A stretch of DNA of 64,000 bases from Chrysomallon squamiferum (lineage: Eukaryota > Animalia > Mollusca): contig CM022674.1 of the NCBI GenBank assembly GCA_012295275.1, forward strand, positions 14,260,001 to 14,324,000. Reading direction: 5' to 3'. Position numbers and translations under genes: made by a program. Every line of letters begins with the position of its first letter. Position 1 is the first letter of the stretch. Below are positions 61,790-64,000 of the stretch, one piece after another. Below the pieces are notes generated by a model. The model was not told the origin of the DNA and ran no database searches. It was given only the letters and a program-made list of their open reading frames with translations.

Positions 61790-62207
61790 GAGTTACCGTG
61801 CATTGGCTGATTCCATCATTAAAATAAATCAGCAGCTAATGAAAACTTCCGGCAAGTAACTACTTGTCGGATATAGTGAAAGTTTGAACTACTTAGAGAC
61901 TCAAACATTGCTGTCCTGGTAGAAAAAAATTAATTAACCACACCTCTAACCGTGACTATCATTTCTTCATCACATCCTTTTCAATCAATTACGTTTCAGC
62001 GATGTTGCTAAGTCCCGTCATCGATCACAGGTTCGTTAAAAGACGCCATCTTGAACCCGAAGGAAACATCATTTCCGCCATTTCCCGAGAGCGTCGTTAT
62101 GTATCGGCTTTTGCTCGGTGTACCGTTCCGCTACCAATCTGTCAATTTAGATCCCCATCTGCTGTTAATAATTCTCAGTTTATTTGTTATTTAGTTGAAA
62201 CGTAAGC
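61790..62207 (+). promoter_or_regulatory. Probable promoter and non-coding first exon of a gene continuing beyond the window
   Basis: CCAAT box (ATTGG ~61802), ETS-like ACTTCCGG (~61845), two YY1-like CGCCAT(C/T)TT sites (~62044, ~62076), CpG enrichment and a donor-like AAC|GTAAGC at ~62202. Another donor AAG|GTAAGG lies at ~63850. No coding exon was identified. Confidence 0.4.
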
Positions 62208-62476
62208 CGAGCAGGAAAGCTATTTGGAACCATTTAGGTCTAACATGGTATTTTATAAAGCTTTTCGTTAAAGGAATTTATGAACATTTGTGGAGAGATT
62301 GCGTGCCGATTTTTGAGCCGACTTGAATTCTTTACCTCCCTTATCGCTGACCTTTGCTTTTTAATTTTATTTATTCATCTGATTTATTATTTTATTGATT
62401 TGATTTGGGCTTTTATTTATTTTCCTTACTTTCTTTCCTTATTTTTTAACTGTTTTTATTTGTTTGTTTGCTGGGG

Positions 62477-62527
<51 letters not shown>

Positions 62528-62612
62528 TATATTAAACATAAGTTAAATGAATATTTCAATAAAAGTTATTGTCGAATTTTTTTTGTTAAAGAATGTTCAT
62601 GTTACTACATTT

Positions 62613-62660
<48 letters not shown>

Positions 62661-64000
62661 GACGTGTAACTTTGATATCATATCTAATATTTCTTCTTCT
62701 TATTATATATGTATTTAATAATTGAATTATACAGAAGTTGTATATTTCTTACTTGATAGTTTATTAGTGGATAGTTATAACAAATTAGGCTTTTGTGTTA
62801 TTAGATAAAAGGTGGGCGCATTTTGTTTATTGCCACTGAATAAATTGTGCAGTGGTCATACCATATAATCAGGAAATCGTAATATGACTCAAATATGAAG
62901 AAAAATAAACAAACAAACAAACAACCAAACACAAACAAATATTTAAATAATATTTTTAACAAAAAATAAAAAATAAAAGATTAACAAATGTACATTGAAA
63001 TACAGAAAAATATGGACGTAATATTTTTTAATTTCAAAAAAAAAAAAAAAAAAAAGAACATGCGGTCTGTAGACAATCGCCTATTTTATGTTTGCGAATA
63101 TTATTATTTGTATTAATGCTGCTTTACAAGTCGGTATATTTACCTGCCTCCCCCCCCAAAAAAAAACAACAACATTAAGAACAAAAGCAGAAACATACAA
63201 TTATCATTAATTCCAAGGAAAATTTAATACATTTAAAACAACATCCTTTGCTGTTACATATTGCTAAGACCTATTCATAGTTACTGTTTAATAAGTGACA
63301 AGGCGTTGTCGTTCGTTCAGTTTATTTAGCTGGCGCTGAATGTGAAATCGATTCATGGCTTTCAAAAACGATAAAACTTTGCACATTACAAATTAAAAAT
63401 CGATTTATCTTTGCTTAAATAATTATTTGCAATATCAGATTACAAATATAATTAAATATCTCTGTTTTGCTAGTTTTACAAAACAAAAATACTTCTTGTA
63501 GTTAAATAAGAAAAGATTAAGAGAAAGTGACAAATTTCTCTAATATTCCATGATGCATTATATTTTGACAGAATTAATAAAATTCGTAATAAATAAAACG
63601 TTTAAATATTAGATAACAAATTATTAATCAGAGGCCACAAAAAGCAAGAATTTTTTTATAAAAGCACAAAAATACTGCTGACCCTCGATTTCAAGATTAG
63701 CAGGGGGGAGCAGCAGCTCAGAAAATTCAAAAGGTTAACAATGTTGTTGGTTCAGTTGTAAAATTTACAGTTACCTTAATGAAAAGTGGATTGAGAGAGG
63801 GTTGCTGTAACATCATGGCAGGACTCTGAATAACTTAGTGGACCTAAAGGTAAGGTTTCAAGTTCAAATTTTGTGAAAAAAAATGTCAGATTCATTTCCG
63901 ATTTCGAAATCCGAGATCCGTGAAATCGATGTCAACAGTAATTGCTATTTTGTTAATTAATTAATTAATTAATTAATTAATTTATTTATTTATTTATTTA

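Noticed and set aside
63690-63850. Possible coding exon ending at donor AAG|GTAAGG
   Set aside because: All three frames contain stops. At most it is a 5' UTR exon of a gene outside the window.

Overview
Repeat-rich animal genomic DNA, most likely a mollusc (judged from a CLWKVC-type urotensin II-like gene). Most long ORFs in the track are microsatellite or satellite artefacts. Splicing by hand (GT-AG sites, phases checked) recovers six intron-containing genes: (1) a minus-strand 10-exon, ~662-aa NIT-domain receptor guanylyl-cyclase-like gene (9635-19860) whose sensor motifs are intact but whose catalytic residues are largely substituted; (2) a divergently oriented 2-exon fungal/alphaproteobacterial-type cysteine synthase with a mitochondrial-like leader (28106-30632); (3) NAA38 (minus) head-to-head with (4) CYB5D1 (plus), the same pairing as in human; (5) a ~1398-aa C2H2 zinc-finger gene (40632-47535); (6) a 3-exon, 114-aa urotensin II-like neuropeptide precursor (49223-58141) that the ORF track misses. 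The introns carry a 6.3-kb 20-bp satellite, a 30-bp satellite with higher-order structure, an array of tandem splice acceptors and two tRNA-like SINE copies. No CRISPR array or autonomous transposon ORF was found. Family assignments come from motif recognition, not database searches.
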